Part shown: positions 10,738 through 21,280 of the stretch, piece after piece
How the letters are laid out: each line of letters opens with the position of its first letter
How positions within the stretch are numbered: position 1 is the first letter of the stretch
Source of the DNA: Paraphysomonas bandaiensis
Lineage: Eukaryota; Protista; Chrysophyceae
Direction: 5' to 3'
Assembly: GCA_965644295.1 (NCBI GenBank)
Contig: CBFFRP010000214.1
Span: 26,944-90,943 of the forward strand
DNA length: 64,000 nucleotides
Notes under the pieces: generated by a model
The model's input: only the letters and a program-made list of their open reading frames with translations
Databases searched by the model: none
Told to the model about the DNA's origin: nothing
Position numbers and translations under genes: made by a program

Positions 10738-13186
10738 CTATCGTCCATAACAGTGCATAAAACAAGGAAGACATACCCTCTCTGGCATCAACAAGCCGAT
10801 GGATGGTATCGGTATGCGATAATCTTTCAACATTTGGTACTCGCCAATTCCCACATCAGGAATCGAGTCTCCGGCAGGTGCACAAATCACACACACCGGC
10901 TTACCGCAAGCTCTACAATGGTGATACACCAGAGCACGAGATGCATCACTATTCGTAATAAACGGCCACGTAGGCTCGCTCCCACAGACGCTGCAAGACG
11001 CCCATTCGTGGGAAGCACTATCATATATTGGCTCCCAGCGGGGGGGAGTTTGTACGTTGTACATCGGGTGACGAGAGAGTTTTAACATCCTTAACGCATG
11101 TATATGGGCACTCATCATATGGTCCGAAATACTATTTCGAAACAGATTTATTTTTTGTAAACCCGTATACCTAGAGTCACACTCTTCAGCATGGTAGGCA
11201 CTGCCAGTTTTTGAGAAAAAAATAATTTTTCCAGGTACCATCATTTCGTCAGGTGAGGATAATCCGGGTGTCCCACGCTGTTCACGAATTGGAGGACATG
11301 TTTCGTTGTGGTCTTTGTCAACATCAACATTGTCCAGGCAGTCATCTTTACTCTCAGGCATTGTAGCCGATTGATCATCTTCCTTTTCACTCACTTTGGA
11401 ACCGCGCCCAGATGAACGGCCAGCAAGAGTCATTGCCCCTTCTTTGCCAATACTTCGAGCATAGAGCTCCATTCTAACCTGGTCCTGGTGATACCACTCT
11501 CTGGCCTGAGTACTAAACTCTTTGACTTCTTCAGCTAAAGCCTTTATGTTTTTAGGCGATAGACAGGGTATAATATCATCGTTGTGTACCATAGAGACAA
11601 CTATTCCGTCGTCGATAAAGGCATCAGCCAGATTTTCTCCTACACAAGGTGGGGTACCATACCCCACAGCTTGCACAAAAGGTATTGCAGAAGGACTATA
11701 GTTATTGTCCTCAGGACTCTCCTGCATCCAACTGTTTTCATGATTAAGTCCTAAAAAGAGATGCTTCACATCACATAATAAATCTTCTTGTTCCTTTTGG
11801 GAAAGACTTTTGAAGGAATCACTACGACGAATTAGCTGTCGACGATAGAGACCATTCTTCAATTCGGCAGCGATTAGGGCAGCAATACCTGCACCTAAAG
11901 GACATTAATTACTGTAACGTTGATTGTTCAATAAACCACATCATATCAACATATTGTACAACACACATGTGGCCTTAATATATACCTAGCGAATGCCCCA
12001 CAAGCTTCACATCATACCCTTGATCCAACAACTTGTATATACAACGCCTCATGACAAATACATCCAGAATAGCGCGCGTAGCTACCAGCATTCCAGTATG
12101 TACCCCCCCTGTAACTGCGTGTTCCCCGCACTGACCGGCCCGATACACGAATGCAGTGACATCCTTGGTTCCGTTAATCCTCCAATCCGTAATGTTTTTC
12201 GATCCACGGATAACAAGCAGAGCTTCTTTGAGATGTGGTGACCGGCTCAGATTAGAGCGTACTACCAAAGCAAAAGCCGGGCATAATGAACCATCAGGAA
12301 GCTGTTGCGAATCACTCTGACATGCAATCACCTTCCACCCCTCATTTGCAATTAGACGGGAAAAGTACCAGTTCCCCCATTCCACTGTATGATGAGGGGG
12401 AGGGAGCATTGCGGCGTACAGCCACATAGCTGGGCCTGCGTACTTCCCCAACAACTCAAGATATCGTTCTTGAATGGAAGAGTCGAATTTCGCGGTGTGA
12501 TTCTGCGAAGTGCTTCCAAGAGCTAATTTGCGCTGGAGTTCGTTGTTACACCCCAGGTAATACACGGATAGCATGTCGTAGGGAGATTTTATATCAAAAG
12601 CAGATAAAAGAGGCATAAGCGGCACTAAGGTATTCATAACTTCCTTGTCTAGCAGGAGGCCTATTGCAGCTCGACCCATCATCGCATACTTAATGGCGGT
12701 GGAATATGCGCTATAAGGAGTGTATTTCACAACAGCAAATGCTAACTTCGTCAATCTGGTGGCAACTCCGGATTCTTTGAACAAAACAGGTTTTTCGATA
12801 TCTTCTACACCACATCCTTCAAGATACATATCTAAACGGCCGACATAATCCGTCGTAGCTTCATTAACTTTCTCAATAAGGAAGGAATACACAGCCTTCG
12901 CCTGGTGGTCGCGACACACATAGCCTATCAAATTAGGAGTCTTCTCGGCCTTCGGATGCCACAAACGGACTGGAATAGGGTGTGTAGTCTTGAAAATACA
13001 GCTACTGCAAAACCTCTGAAGGCAACACACACAGCTGACAAAACTCTTCCCATAAGAGACACCAGTGAACTGCCCCACACTAACCTCATGACCACAGCTA
13101 GGACACCGCTCCTTATTGAACCTAGTGAGAGAGGAGAGACCCTCAGTCACAGACCTCCTGTCAATAAACATGCCCAGAGGATTCAT
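10738..13186 (-). CDS. Class 3 lipase (DAG-lipase-like) flanked by N- and C-terminal FYVE-type zinc fingers; 2 exons
   Basis: IRGS lid motif, VHTGM, GHSLG|AG completed across intron 11895-11985, HNDDIIP, SDHMM; C-terminal 'HHCRACGKPVC..C...RVCLPC' and N-terminal 'CPSC...CVCC.QRFCSSC...VCRDH'. Confidence 0.88.
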
Positions 13187-13254
13187 GCCTAAAACATTAC
13201 CAATTTCGATAAAATCACTTCAGTCAAACAAGAACTAAACTCTGTCCATACCAG

Positions 13255-13556
13255 ATACATACATACATACATACATACATACATACATACATACATACAT
13301 ACATACATACATACATACATACATACATACATACATACATACATACATACATACATACATACATACATACATACATACATACATACATACATACATACAT
13401 ACATACATACATACATACATACATACATACATACATACATACATACATACATACATACATACATACATACATACATACATACATACATACATACATACAT
13501 ACATACATACATACATACATACATACATACATACATACATACATACATACATACAT
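13255..13556. repeat. Perfect (ATAC)n microsatellite, about 75 units
   Basis: Directly visible; it generates the spurious MYVC ORFs. Confidence 0.99.
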
Positions 13557-13649
13557 GTACGTCGTAGTGCTGCAGGGGTGTTGATTCTAGTCAACTGCTT
13601 GAAGTATGCTGCTAAAGATTGGGTGCAATGGAAGAGCTCTAACGATGCC

Positions 13650-14603
13650 ATGGCCCTCAGTGTAGGGATTGTTGTTAGGTTGTTGATCTCACTGTGTATT
13701 CCTGTTACTTCTGTGTCAAGAGAGGTTACATATGCCTCCATTAAGAGTATTCCGCAGTTCTCTATGTTCGTATACAGAGATGGTGACGATGTCAGTAAAT
13801 CTATTCTGTCTGGATATATTTGGAAGAATGAATTCTCTTCTGTTGTGTGTATTGAGTTTATTTCGTTGCTTCCTGGTGCAACCTTTGTAGATATTGGGGC
13901 GCATATTGGATGGTACTCTCTGTTGGCCGCCTCACGTGGAGCTCCTGTAGTGTCAGTAGAGCCTGTGCTCTCTAGTTTTAATGCTATTTCGCGTAGTATC
14001 CTCGTGAATGATTTTGAAGACAGGATTTTATTACGCCATGCACTGGTGAGCTCTATTAGCGGTGGACATATGCATCTCAGGGATGGTTTCAGAGGAGGAC
14101 AGTTTAAAGTTCGCCGCGTCGATACTTTTCCTCCGCCACGCACATACACTGTACCGATATACACTGTAGATGACCTTGTTTCCTTAAATCATACTGTGGG
14201 TATATTGAAAGTCAGTTGTGGGGGTTGTGAAGCAAGCGCGCTGTTTGGTGCTCAGAAATTGCTAACAAGCCTCAATCGACCTTGTGTAATACTTCTAGAA
14301 TGGGTACTTCGTGTTATTGACCGTATTTTAGGGAGGAAAAAAGCATATTTTACCCGGGATAAAGTAGCTATGTTACTTGTGTCATCTGGGTACAGATTTG
14401 TTAGAATCACTTGGTCTACCATTACACGCAGTTACGAATTACACAGCCTTGACCCTCACGCGGAAGGATTTTGGCACTATTACGATATGGATATTGTAAT
14501 TGTACGTGAAAGTGATAGGTGCTTTGCAGCATCCTCTAGTCGATGGATCCGTTTTGTAAACCAGTTATACAATGCTACAGTATCAAGTATAAACGTTGGT
14601 TGA
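13650..14603 (+). CDS. FkbM-family (Methyltransf_21) SAM-dependent methyltransferase with signal anchor
   Basis: FVDIGAHIGWYSLLAASRG..VVSVEP and TVDDL...ILKV motifs; ATG at 13650 precedes a hydrophobic segment. Confidence 0.85.
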   Translation: MALSVGIVVRLLISLCIPVTSVSREVTYASIKSIPQFSMFVYRDGDDVSKSILSGYIWKNEFSSVVCIEFISLLPGATFVDIGAHIGWYSLLAASRGAPVVSVEPVLSSFNAISRSILVNDFEDRILLRHALVSSISGGHMHLRDGFRGGQFKVRRVDTFPPPRTYTVPIYTVDDLVSLNHTVGILKVSCGGCEASALFGAQKLLTSLNRPCVILLEWVLRVIDRILGRKKAYFTRDKVAMLLVSSGYRFVRITWSTITRSYELHSLDPHAEGFWHYYDMDIVIVRESDRCFAASSSRWIRFVNQLYNATVSSINVG

Positions 14604-14889
14604 TTTTCAGGGTCATGGTTTTAACCCCTTATATAGAATGCGGTGTATCACTTATTACTTTGTGTCAGACTATATTGGGGAATGATTATGCAGATGTAAT
14701 CAACAGATTTGTGATATACTAAATAGTAAAGTCAATTATAAATATTGACTTCAGTATATCATTTAAAAAATACGTTCTATTGTTATAGGATTACGTTTTA
14801 TGGTGCGAAATGTTTTATCCAGGTATGGCAGCTTAATATCAGCCTTGAACATCGACTTACCGTATCTGGTGACCTCAGCAAAGCAGGCT

Positions 14890-15270
14890 TGCACTAAAAT
14901 AAGTGTCAATTGTGTAGACGTCCAGACAAATAAACAGGCATCCGGGAATGAGCCCTGACGAATACACAGCAATCCGGGGTATTGGCCTGCCTGCTAAAGT
15001 CAAGCATCCGGGCTGTTCACCTTAAGGATTCAGAAATCCTGAAGTCAGCAGGTGTCAGGTATATCAACATTCTGCATGCTCACGACGTTTGCTTTGAGTG
15101 GTAGAGCGAAAGTGGTTGCACCTCTTGGCGCTTGCGGTGACGCACAAGCAGCTCTTGTAGCGTAAAATAGTAGAATATTATCAGAGTTATTAAGCACTAG
15201 TTAGTTAAATTGTAATGTTCAGTTAGTTCTGACTATTAAACGCCTATAGCTAATAATAAGACATTCACCA
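14890..15270 (+). mobile_element. 5'-truncated SR1 copy
   Basis: Body and tail (GCTTGCGGTGACGCACAAGCAGC ... AACGCCTATAGCTAATAATAAGAC) without the head. Confidence 0.8.
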
Positions 15271-15480
15271 CATCACATCATTCACACCACTAAACTTGAA
15301 TACTTCGAAGCCGTTGAATATATATATGCAATTAGCTTATGCTATTTACTATGTAGTATGTACCAGAGCTAGGGAACAATATATATATTGTATTGCAATA
15401 TATTGATTGGTGGACCGGCCAAATATTCCATCAGTATTGTTTCTGTTAAAATAGCTCACAATACTATTGCAATCAATATC

Positions 15481-18400
15481 TGTTGAGAAATGCTCATTTT
15501 ACACTAGATCACAGAGAGAATTTGTCGTAAGACTAGATAGATTTATTAGTATCGTTTACACGAAGTTGTGATAACCAACACTAACTCATTATAATCCCTG
15601 CATAATATCCTACATATGCGAACCTCTCGTTACTGAACATATCTTGAAAGGTCAACCTATTTCAGTTTCTCAATATCATCACAGCATTTGTACATCACTA
15701 TATTTCACTGTATTCTCGTACATTGTCTTCAAGTGACATACTGAATATACTAGAATAAGATCCATATTCTAATACTCCCACTCAATGTAGAATGCAGTGA
15801 GACAAAACAACAGTGATCACAATAATCTGATAATGCTATGACTATCTAGTCCCATAGGTAAAAACAGATGTGAAATCTTTTAAAGATACATATATACCCA
15901 GCAGTCAACTAGATATACAGTTATGTGGGATTTTCACCCACTAAAACACACCTTTAACCTCTTCGGGGTCGTTTCTTCTGCTGCTCCTCCACACTGTTAG
16001 ACACACTCCTCTTAACCCCGGTAATCGTTTTCTCATGACGACTGAAGATCTTCGTGGACAACGCCTTTGTAAAAATATCAGCCGCCATATCATCCGTAGA
16101 TACATGAATCAATTTTGCTGTAGGAAATTTGCCATTAACATGTTCTCTTATCCAGTGATACTTGATGTCAATATGCTTCGACCTCTTATGATACACTGGA
16201 TTCTCTGAAAGATCCTTTGCACTCTTACTATCCATAAAGAATGGAGTCGGCTTCGTTACCAAGAGTCCGAGCTCCTTGAACACCCCCCGAAGCCACACCA
16301 GTTCTTGCAAAGCCGCATACTCCGCCATATACTCAGATTCCATGCTCGAAGTCGCAACTGTGGTCTGAAGCTTGGACTGCCAGGCCAATGCGCCCGCACA
16401 TAAAAACACGATGTATCCCGTTGTGGATCGCCGAGTCATCCTATCCCCAGCCCAGTCTGAATCACTGAATACATGTAAATCAAACTCACTCCCACTGAAT
16501 CTGATTCCCTTATCAACTGTACCACGTAAATATTTCAACAAATGAATAGCTAATCTGCAAGTCGCATATGTTGGAGAAGTACTAAATCGAGCCAATAACC
16601 CCACAGCGTAAGCCAGATCAGGTCTAATGTGAATCGCCAAATGCAACACCGCTCCAATAATTCCTCTATACGGAAATGATTCGACCCACTGCTTCTGCTC
16701 CTCCGTCAGCTCACGTTGCTCTGCCAACAAGTCCTGAACATTGGTAGGTAGTGGAGTCTCCTTATTCTTACTGCTCTTTCCCATAAACGAACTGAATTTC
16801 TTGACAATATTCTTGGCATATTCCGATTGATCTAACATGTACCAGTCCTCGCCTCTCGTGATTCTGATATTCAGAAACCGTTTGCACACACCCAGATCAT
16901 GCATTTCAAACGTTTCGCAGAACCTACGTTTAACACTTTCTAAGTAGGTGAGATCAGCAGATGCAATGATAATATCATCAACATATATCAGCAATAAGTG
17001 CAATTGACCATTACTCCATCGCATATACAAGCATGTATCTGAAATGCAAGCAGTAAAATGTAACGATTTGATAAACTTGTCAATATGCTTGTTCCACTGC
17101 CTCGGTGATGACCGCAAACCATATAAGGCCTTGATCAATTGAAAACACCACCCCGCTGGCAACTCTTCATCAGGTGGAGGTGCCATATACACATCCTCTT
17201 CAAGATCGGCATAACAAAACGCTGATGATACGTCCAACTGATGTACATGCATATGAAACATAAAGGCAATTGCAAGAACCAGTCGAATGGTTTTTCCTTT
17301 GACCACTGGAGCAAACGTGGACTGCTCCTCCTCCGTTTTTTCTTGTAGATTCCCTAATGCAACCAGCCGCGCCTTATACTTGACTACGTTCCCCAGAAGG
17401 TCTCTCTTCACCGTGTGAACATACTTTGCTCGCACCAACTTCACTCCTCGTGGAGTCCGCACAATCTTTAAGACACGTCTCTTCAGTAGTGAGGTCTTCT
17501 CCACCTTCCGAGCTTCTCTCCACTTCATGTACTGTGGAGATCTCTCTGCTTCAGCATAGGAGTCTGGTGTCTTAAAATCATCATGTTGAAACTCTGCATG
17601 TTTAAAGTTAACAGTGCATGCATCTGGCACCTCAACCATATTTATTTCTCCTAACACCGATGCGTTCGCCAACCTACGCTGTAGCCGTTTCCGCCGTACA
17701 CGACCATCACCATCTAGTTCAATAGGTCGTCTAGTAGTTATATACGAACCCATACCTTGCTCATCCTGAGCCCGCAAATCTTGCGGTGTAGGAGGAGCCC
17801 CGCTCGCATCCCCAGACCCATGGTCTGTCGAGGTCTGCAACCTCACGACTGTCTGTTGACAGGTTGGGTCAGGACTCTCCTGGAACCCTCCAGGTCTTCC
17901 CTGGTCCAGCTCCCTGGCTGGCGTAGTACTCAGGGCGTCCCCCTTTCCTATGTACCCGGTATTCCCGGGGGTTTCTGCAGTCATACGCACCACGTCTTCG
18001 ACGTGTATAGGCACCCGGTGCTCTATATGCTCACGACCTGCAGTAACAAGTGAACGGTATGCTACAATCACACCCTTACGTTCTACAACTCTTGTTGTCT
18101 TATACAGAAGTCCGTCCTCATCATCAATATGATACGTTCCTTCTAAGCTGGCATAGTCGGATGCAAGCTTGGGTCTAGCGGCCTCCCGCACTCGAAGAGC
18201 ATCAATCTCTGCGAAGTACTTCTCTGATCGTGATGGCGTTGACTCATCAGTCAATATATGGACTGTAGTCACCACCTTGTTTGATTCAGGAAGATATACA
18301 TGGTATCCTACCTTCTCATCAGAGTAACCCATTAAATATCCAACTAGAGCCTTATCCTCCCAATCCTTTCGTCGATCCGCCTTCGGTGAAAGAACATAAG

Positions 18401-20988
18401 TTCGACACCCCCATACCCTAAGATATCTCAAATTTGGAGGCTCGCCCGTTAGAAACTCTATAGGAGACATATACCCTTTATCTGTTTTCGTTGGCAATCG
18501 AATCAAAATATATCTGGCTGCCATGTATGCATCCAGCCAAAATTGCGGTGGCAGTCCAGATTGGATTAGCATTGCAAGAGTCATCTCTCCAGCAGTTCTG
18601 AACTTCCTCTCCTCTATGGCATTCATTTCTGGAGAGTCTGTTGAGCTCCATGTATGTTGATAGCACTCCTGTGTCCTAAGATACTGACGCAGCTCTTCAC
18701 TGATTAATTCTCCTGCACCATCGGCATGATAGTGCTCCATCTTGAGCTTGTACCTTTTAACATCTCCTCTAAATAGCTCTTTGAAGACTTCTAAGACCGC
18801 TTCCCCAGTTCTGTGGACTAAACCCGTCGCCCAGAACATTTTGCTGGCATGATGCGTTATCTTTAACACATACCTCTCACCTCCTCTAGCAGGACAATTT
18901 AAGTACACAGCGATATCTGCTGAAAAATTCGGTCTAACGGAATTCTCGTCCTTCGTTCGGAAGCTGACTCGGGTTATCTTAGACCTGGCACACACATCAC
19001 ACAAACACTGATTTTTGTGTACCTTGGCTGTGAGGTGTTTTCGTTTCAACCCCGTACCCATGATGAGCATCCGCTTATGTGCCTCCACTAATGCATGTTT
19101 GTTGAAATGACCCGCTCTCCGATGCAGCAACTCCAGCTCGTCCTCACCAGTCCTATCACTAAGATTTACTTCACAATTACTCGGTGTAGACACATCTGGA
19201 AGCTCCAACAGCTGCTGAGTTGGAACTGCAGTCATTCCATTCTTCATGGGTCCCTCCAGTACCAGCTCACCGGTATTACAGTCATAAATTTGGATCCCAT
19301 ACCACACCGTGAATCGATAGCCCATTTCGTTCAGCTTACGTCCGGAGCACAGGCATCGATTGATCTGATCTGAAATTTCTATGTCTCTCCATGCTCCACG
19401 GGAACCCACACTTGTGATATGAATCTCTGATCCCTTCTTAGATCCGTTTATCACCTTTGATGTATTCATATGAGTGTCAAGCATGGTCACATCATTCATC
19501 AAGAACATTGATGATGAACAGCAGGTGTCAATATATGTATAATGCATGTCATCATTTACACTACATATATTCGTTTCATGTATATTGCATGACAATTTCA
19601 TAACATCCTCGATCATATTAGCTTCATCTTCATCAGAGAAATCTGCTGGTTCTCCACGCCGTATATTCTCTACTGTCAGCAGCCTTTTGTCCGGCTTCCT
19701 ACCATGATTCTTCCCTTTCTCTCCTCTTCTAGAATGCTTTTTCTTCGTCGTTGGACAATCAGCAGCAAGATGTTCCAGAGACTTGCAATTTCTGCATCCC
19801 GTGTACTCAGCACTTCCAGGACGCTGCCCTGATATCTCTCCATCCTTCTTCCTCTGCTTCCTCCTGCACTGTTCAGTTGAATGGCTATGAGGAATTCCTT
19901 CTTTCCTGCAATATCTACAGTTGCCCTTCTTACGCTTATCCCGTTCCGTTCGAGACCGTTTGCTCTTTTCAATGAAATTCAGCTCCTCCACCTTCTTGCG
20001 TTTCCGCTCTAACGCAATCCTTCCAGGAATGGTATCATCATACCGTTCTATCTTCCTTGATAATGTTGCATAATCAACATCATCAGGCATCAAATACAAA
20101 GCAACATTCAGAGGAGCATATTCTTCATTCAACAGACCTTCTCGTAACCGTGTTATTTTTGAGAGCTCCGATATGTCCTGCTGCTGCTCCTGTAGCTCTT
20201 TCAGCAGTATTTCAAACCGTATTATATAGTCCTTCGCAGTCTCCTCCGGACGCATACGGAAAGAGCCATACTGAGTCAACAGTTCACTGATCTTGTTTTG
20301 CTTCCCTCCAGCAAAGCACTTCTTCAACTCATCAATCATAATATGCGCCTTAAACCTGTTGCTTCCTTTTCCATCAGCCTTGAACCCTTTATGTAGAAGA
20401 TGGAATTTCTGAAGCGCCTTCGAAGATGTTTGCACTGCCTCTCTGCAGTACGAATACGCTATGGCATTCGCCTTCCAGTACTTCTTCACAGCCTGTCTGT
20501 AAGACTTCTCCTCCATTAACGTGAGTGGCTGTTCCCCAAAGTCGCTTTCCTTCGGTGGTGGCTCCACCGCTACTTCACTTTGCTCTTTCCTCATGAGGAA
20601 TGTTTCGAAGTCCTCAATCCATTGTTCAACATTGCTCTCATTAAACTGTGGCACTACTCCTCTATCCTCCTTCTCTCCTCCTCGCTCGCTACCATGTTGA
20701 GAAATGCGCATTTTACACTAGATCACAGAGAGAATTTGTCGTAAGACTAGATAGATTTATTAGTATCGTTTACACGAAGTTGTGATAATCAACACTAACT
20801 CATTATAATCCCTGCATAATATCCTACATATGCGAACCTCTCGTTACTGAACATATCTTGAAAGGTCAACCTATTTCAGTTTCTCAATATCATCACAGCA
20901 TTTGTACATCACTATATTTCACTGTATTCTCGTACATTGTCTTCAAGTGACATACTGAATATACTAGAATAAGATCCATATTCTAATA
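15481..20988 (-). mobile_element. Intact Ty1/Copia LTR retrotransposon
   Basis: LTRs 15481-15774 and 20695-20988 (294 bp, 2 differences seen); TSD ATATC; PBS TGGTAGCGAGC right after the 5' LTR; PPT TTGAGTGGGAG before the 3' LTR. Confidence 0.97.
15954..20711 (-). CDS. Copia Gag-Pol polyprotein (1585 aa, single ORF)
   Basis: Gag, zinc knuckle CRNCKSLEHLAADC, protease YIDTCCS, pre-integrase HRRAGH..CDVC, integrase HADGAGE..EERKFRT, RT HQLDVSSAF..YVDD, RNase H SDSDWAG; PR-IN-RT-RH order. Confidence 0.97.
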   Translation of the reverse strand: MRISQHGSERGGEKEDRGVVPQFNESNVEQWIEDFETFLMRKEQSEVAVEPPPKESDFGEQPLTLMEEKSYRQAVKKYWKANAIAYSYCREAVQTSSKALQKFHLLHKGFKADGKGSNRFKAHIMIDELKKCFAGGKQNKISELLTQYGSFRMRPEETAKDYIIRFEILLKELQEQQQDISELSKITRLREGLLNEEYAPLNVALYLMPDDVDYATLSRKIERYDDTIPGRIALERKRKKVEELNFIEKSKRSRTERDKRKKGNCRYCRKEGIPHSHSTEQCRRKQRKKDGEISGQRPGSAEYTGCRNCKSLEHLAADCPTTKKKHSRRGEKGKNHGRKPDKRLLTVENIRRGEPADFSDEDEANMIEDVMKLSCNIHETNICSVNDDMHYTYIDTCCSSSMFLMNDVTMLDTHMNTSKVINGSKKGSEIHITSVGSRGAWRDIEISDQINRCLCSGRKLNEMGYRFTVWYGIQIYDCNTGELVLEGPMKNGMTAVPTQQLLELPDVSTPSNCEVNLSDRTGEDELELLHRRAGHFNKHALVEAHKRMLIMGTGLKRKHLTAKVHKNQCLCDVCARSKITRVSFRTKDENSVRPNFSADIAVYLNCPARGGERYVLKITHHASKMFWATGLVHRTGEAVLEVFKELFRGDVKRYKLKMEHYHADGAGELISEELRQYLRTQECYQHTWSSTDSPEMNAIEERKFRTAGEMTLAMLIQSGLPPQFWLDAYMAARYILIRLPTKTDKGYMSPIEFLTGEPPNLRYLRVWGCRTYVLSPKADRRKDWEDKALVGYLMGYSDEKVGYHVYLPESNKVVTTVHILTDESTPSRSEKYFAEIDALRVREAARPKLASDYASLEGTYHIDDEDGLLYKTTRVVERKGVIVAYRSLVTAGREHIEHRVPIHVEDVVRMTAETPGNTGYIGKGDALSTTPARELDQGRPGGFQESPDPTCQQTVVRLQTSTDHGSGDASGAPPTPQDLRAQDEQGMGSYITTRRPIELDGDGRVRRKRLQRRLANASVLGEINMVEVPDACTVNFKHAEFQHDDFKTPDSYAEAERSPQYMKWREARKVEKTSLLKRRVLKIVRTPRGVKLVRAKYVHTVKRDLLGNVVKYKARLVALGNLQEKTEEEQSTFAPVVKGKTIRLVLAIAFMFHMHVHQLDVSSAFCYADLEEDVYMAPPPDEELPAGWCFQLIKALYGLRSSPRQWNKHIDKFIKSLHFTACISDTCLYMRWSNGQLHLLLIYVDDIIIASADLTYLESVKRRFCETFEMHDLGVCKRFLNIRITRGEDWYMLDQSEYAKNIVKKFSSFMGKSSKNKETPLPTNVQDLLAEQRELTEEQKQWVESFPYRGIIGAVLHLAIHIRPDLAYAVGLLARFSTSPTYATCRLAIHLLKYLRGTVDKGIRFSGSEFDLHVFSDSDWAGDRMTRRSTTGYIVFLCAGALAWQSKLQTTVATSSMESEYMAEYAALQELVWLRGVFKELGLLVTKPTPFFMDSKSAKDLSENPVYHKRSKHIDIKYHWIREHVNGKFPTAKLIHVSTDDMAADIFTKALSTKIFSRHEKTITGVKRSVSNSVEEQQKKRPRRG

Positions 20989-21280
20989 ATATCATGATAT
21001 GTAGGAAGTCTTCGCTTGCCAGCGTAGTGGGTTTGGTTAATATTTGAACTTAATGACGGGTACTTAATAAGGAATCTACGCATGAGTTTATTTGCTGAAT
21101 AATGATACTAATATATTGTTCCCTAGCCCTGATATGTACTATGTATGTATCACAACGATTGTTGTCGAGGTGCTCAGGTAAAGTGTACACTCACCCTACT
21201 TATACTACAACGCAATTATAATTAATAATGATAATATAGTGTCTGTGCACATGTATCCTAGTTCGATAATGATTACAAAG

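Larger units (their letters stand above)
15364..21131. mobile_element. hAT-type MITE (family B, TIR CAGGGCTAGGGAACAATATA) interrupted by the Copia element
   Basis: TIRs at 15364 and 21112-21131; 8-bp TSD GTATGTAC/ATATGTAC. Confidence 0.85.

Noticed and set aside
13189-14164. MYVC-repeat ORFs (119, 110 and 309 aa)
   Set aside because: Translations of the (ATAC)n microsatellite and the antisense shadow of the FkbM gene.
17757-20290. Short ORFs overlapping the Copia polyprotein
   Set aside because: Antisense or alternate-frame shadows with no motifs.
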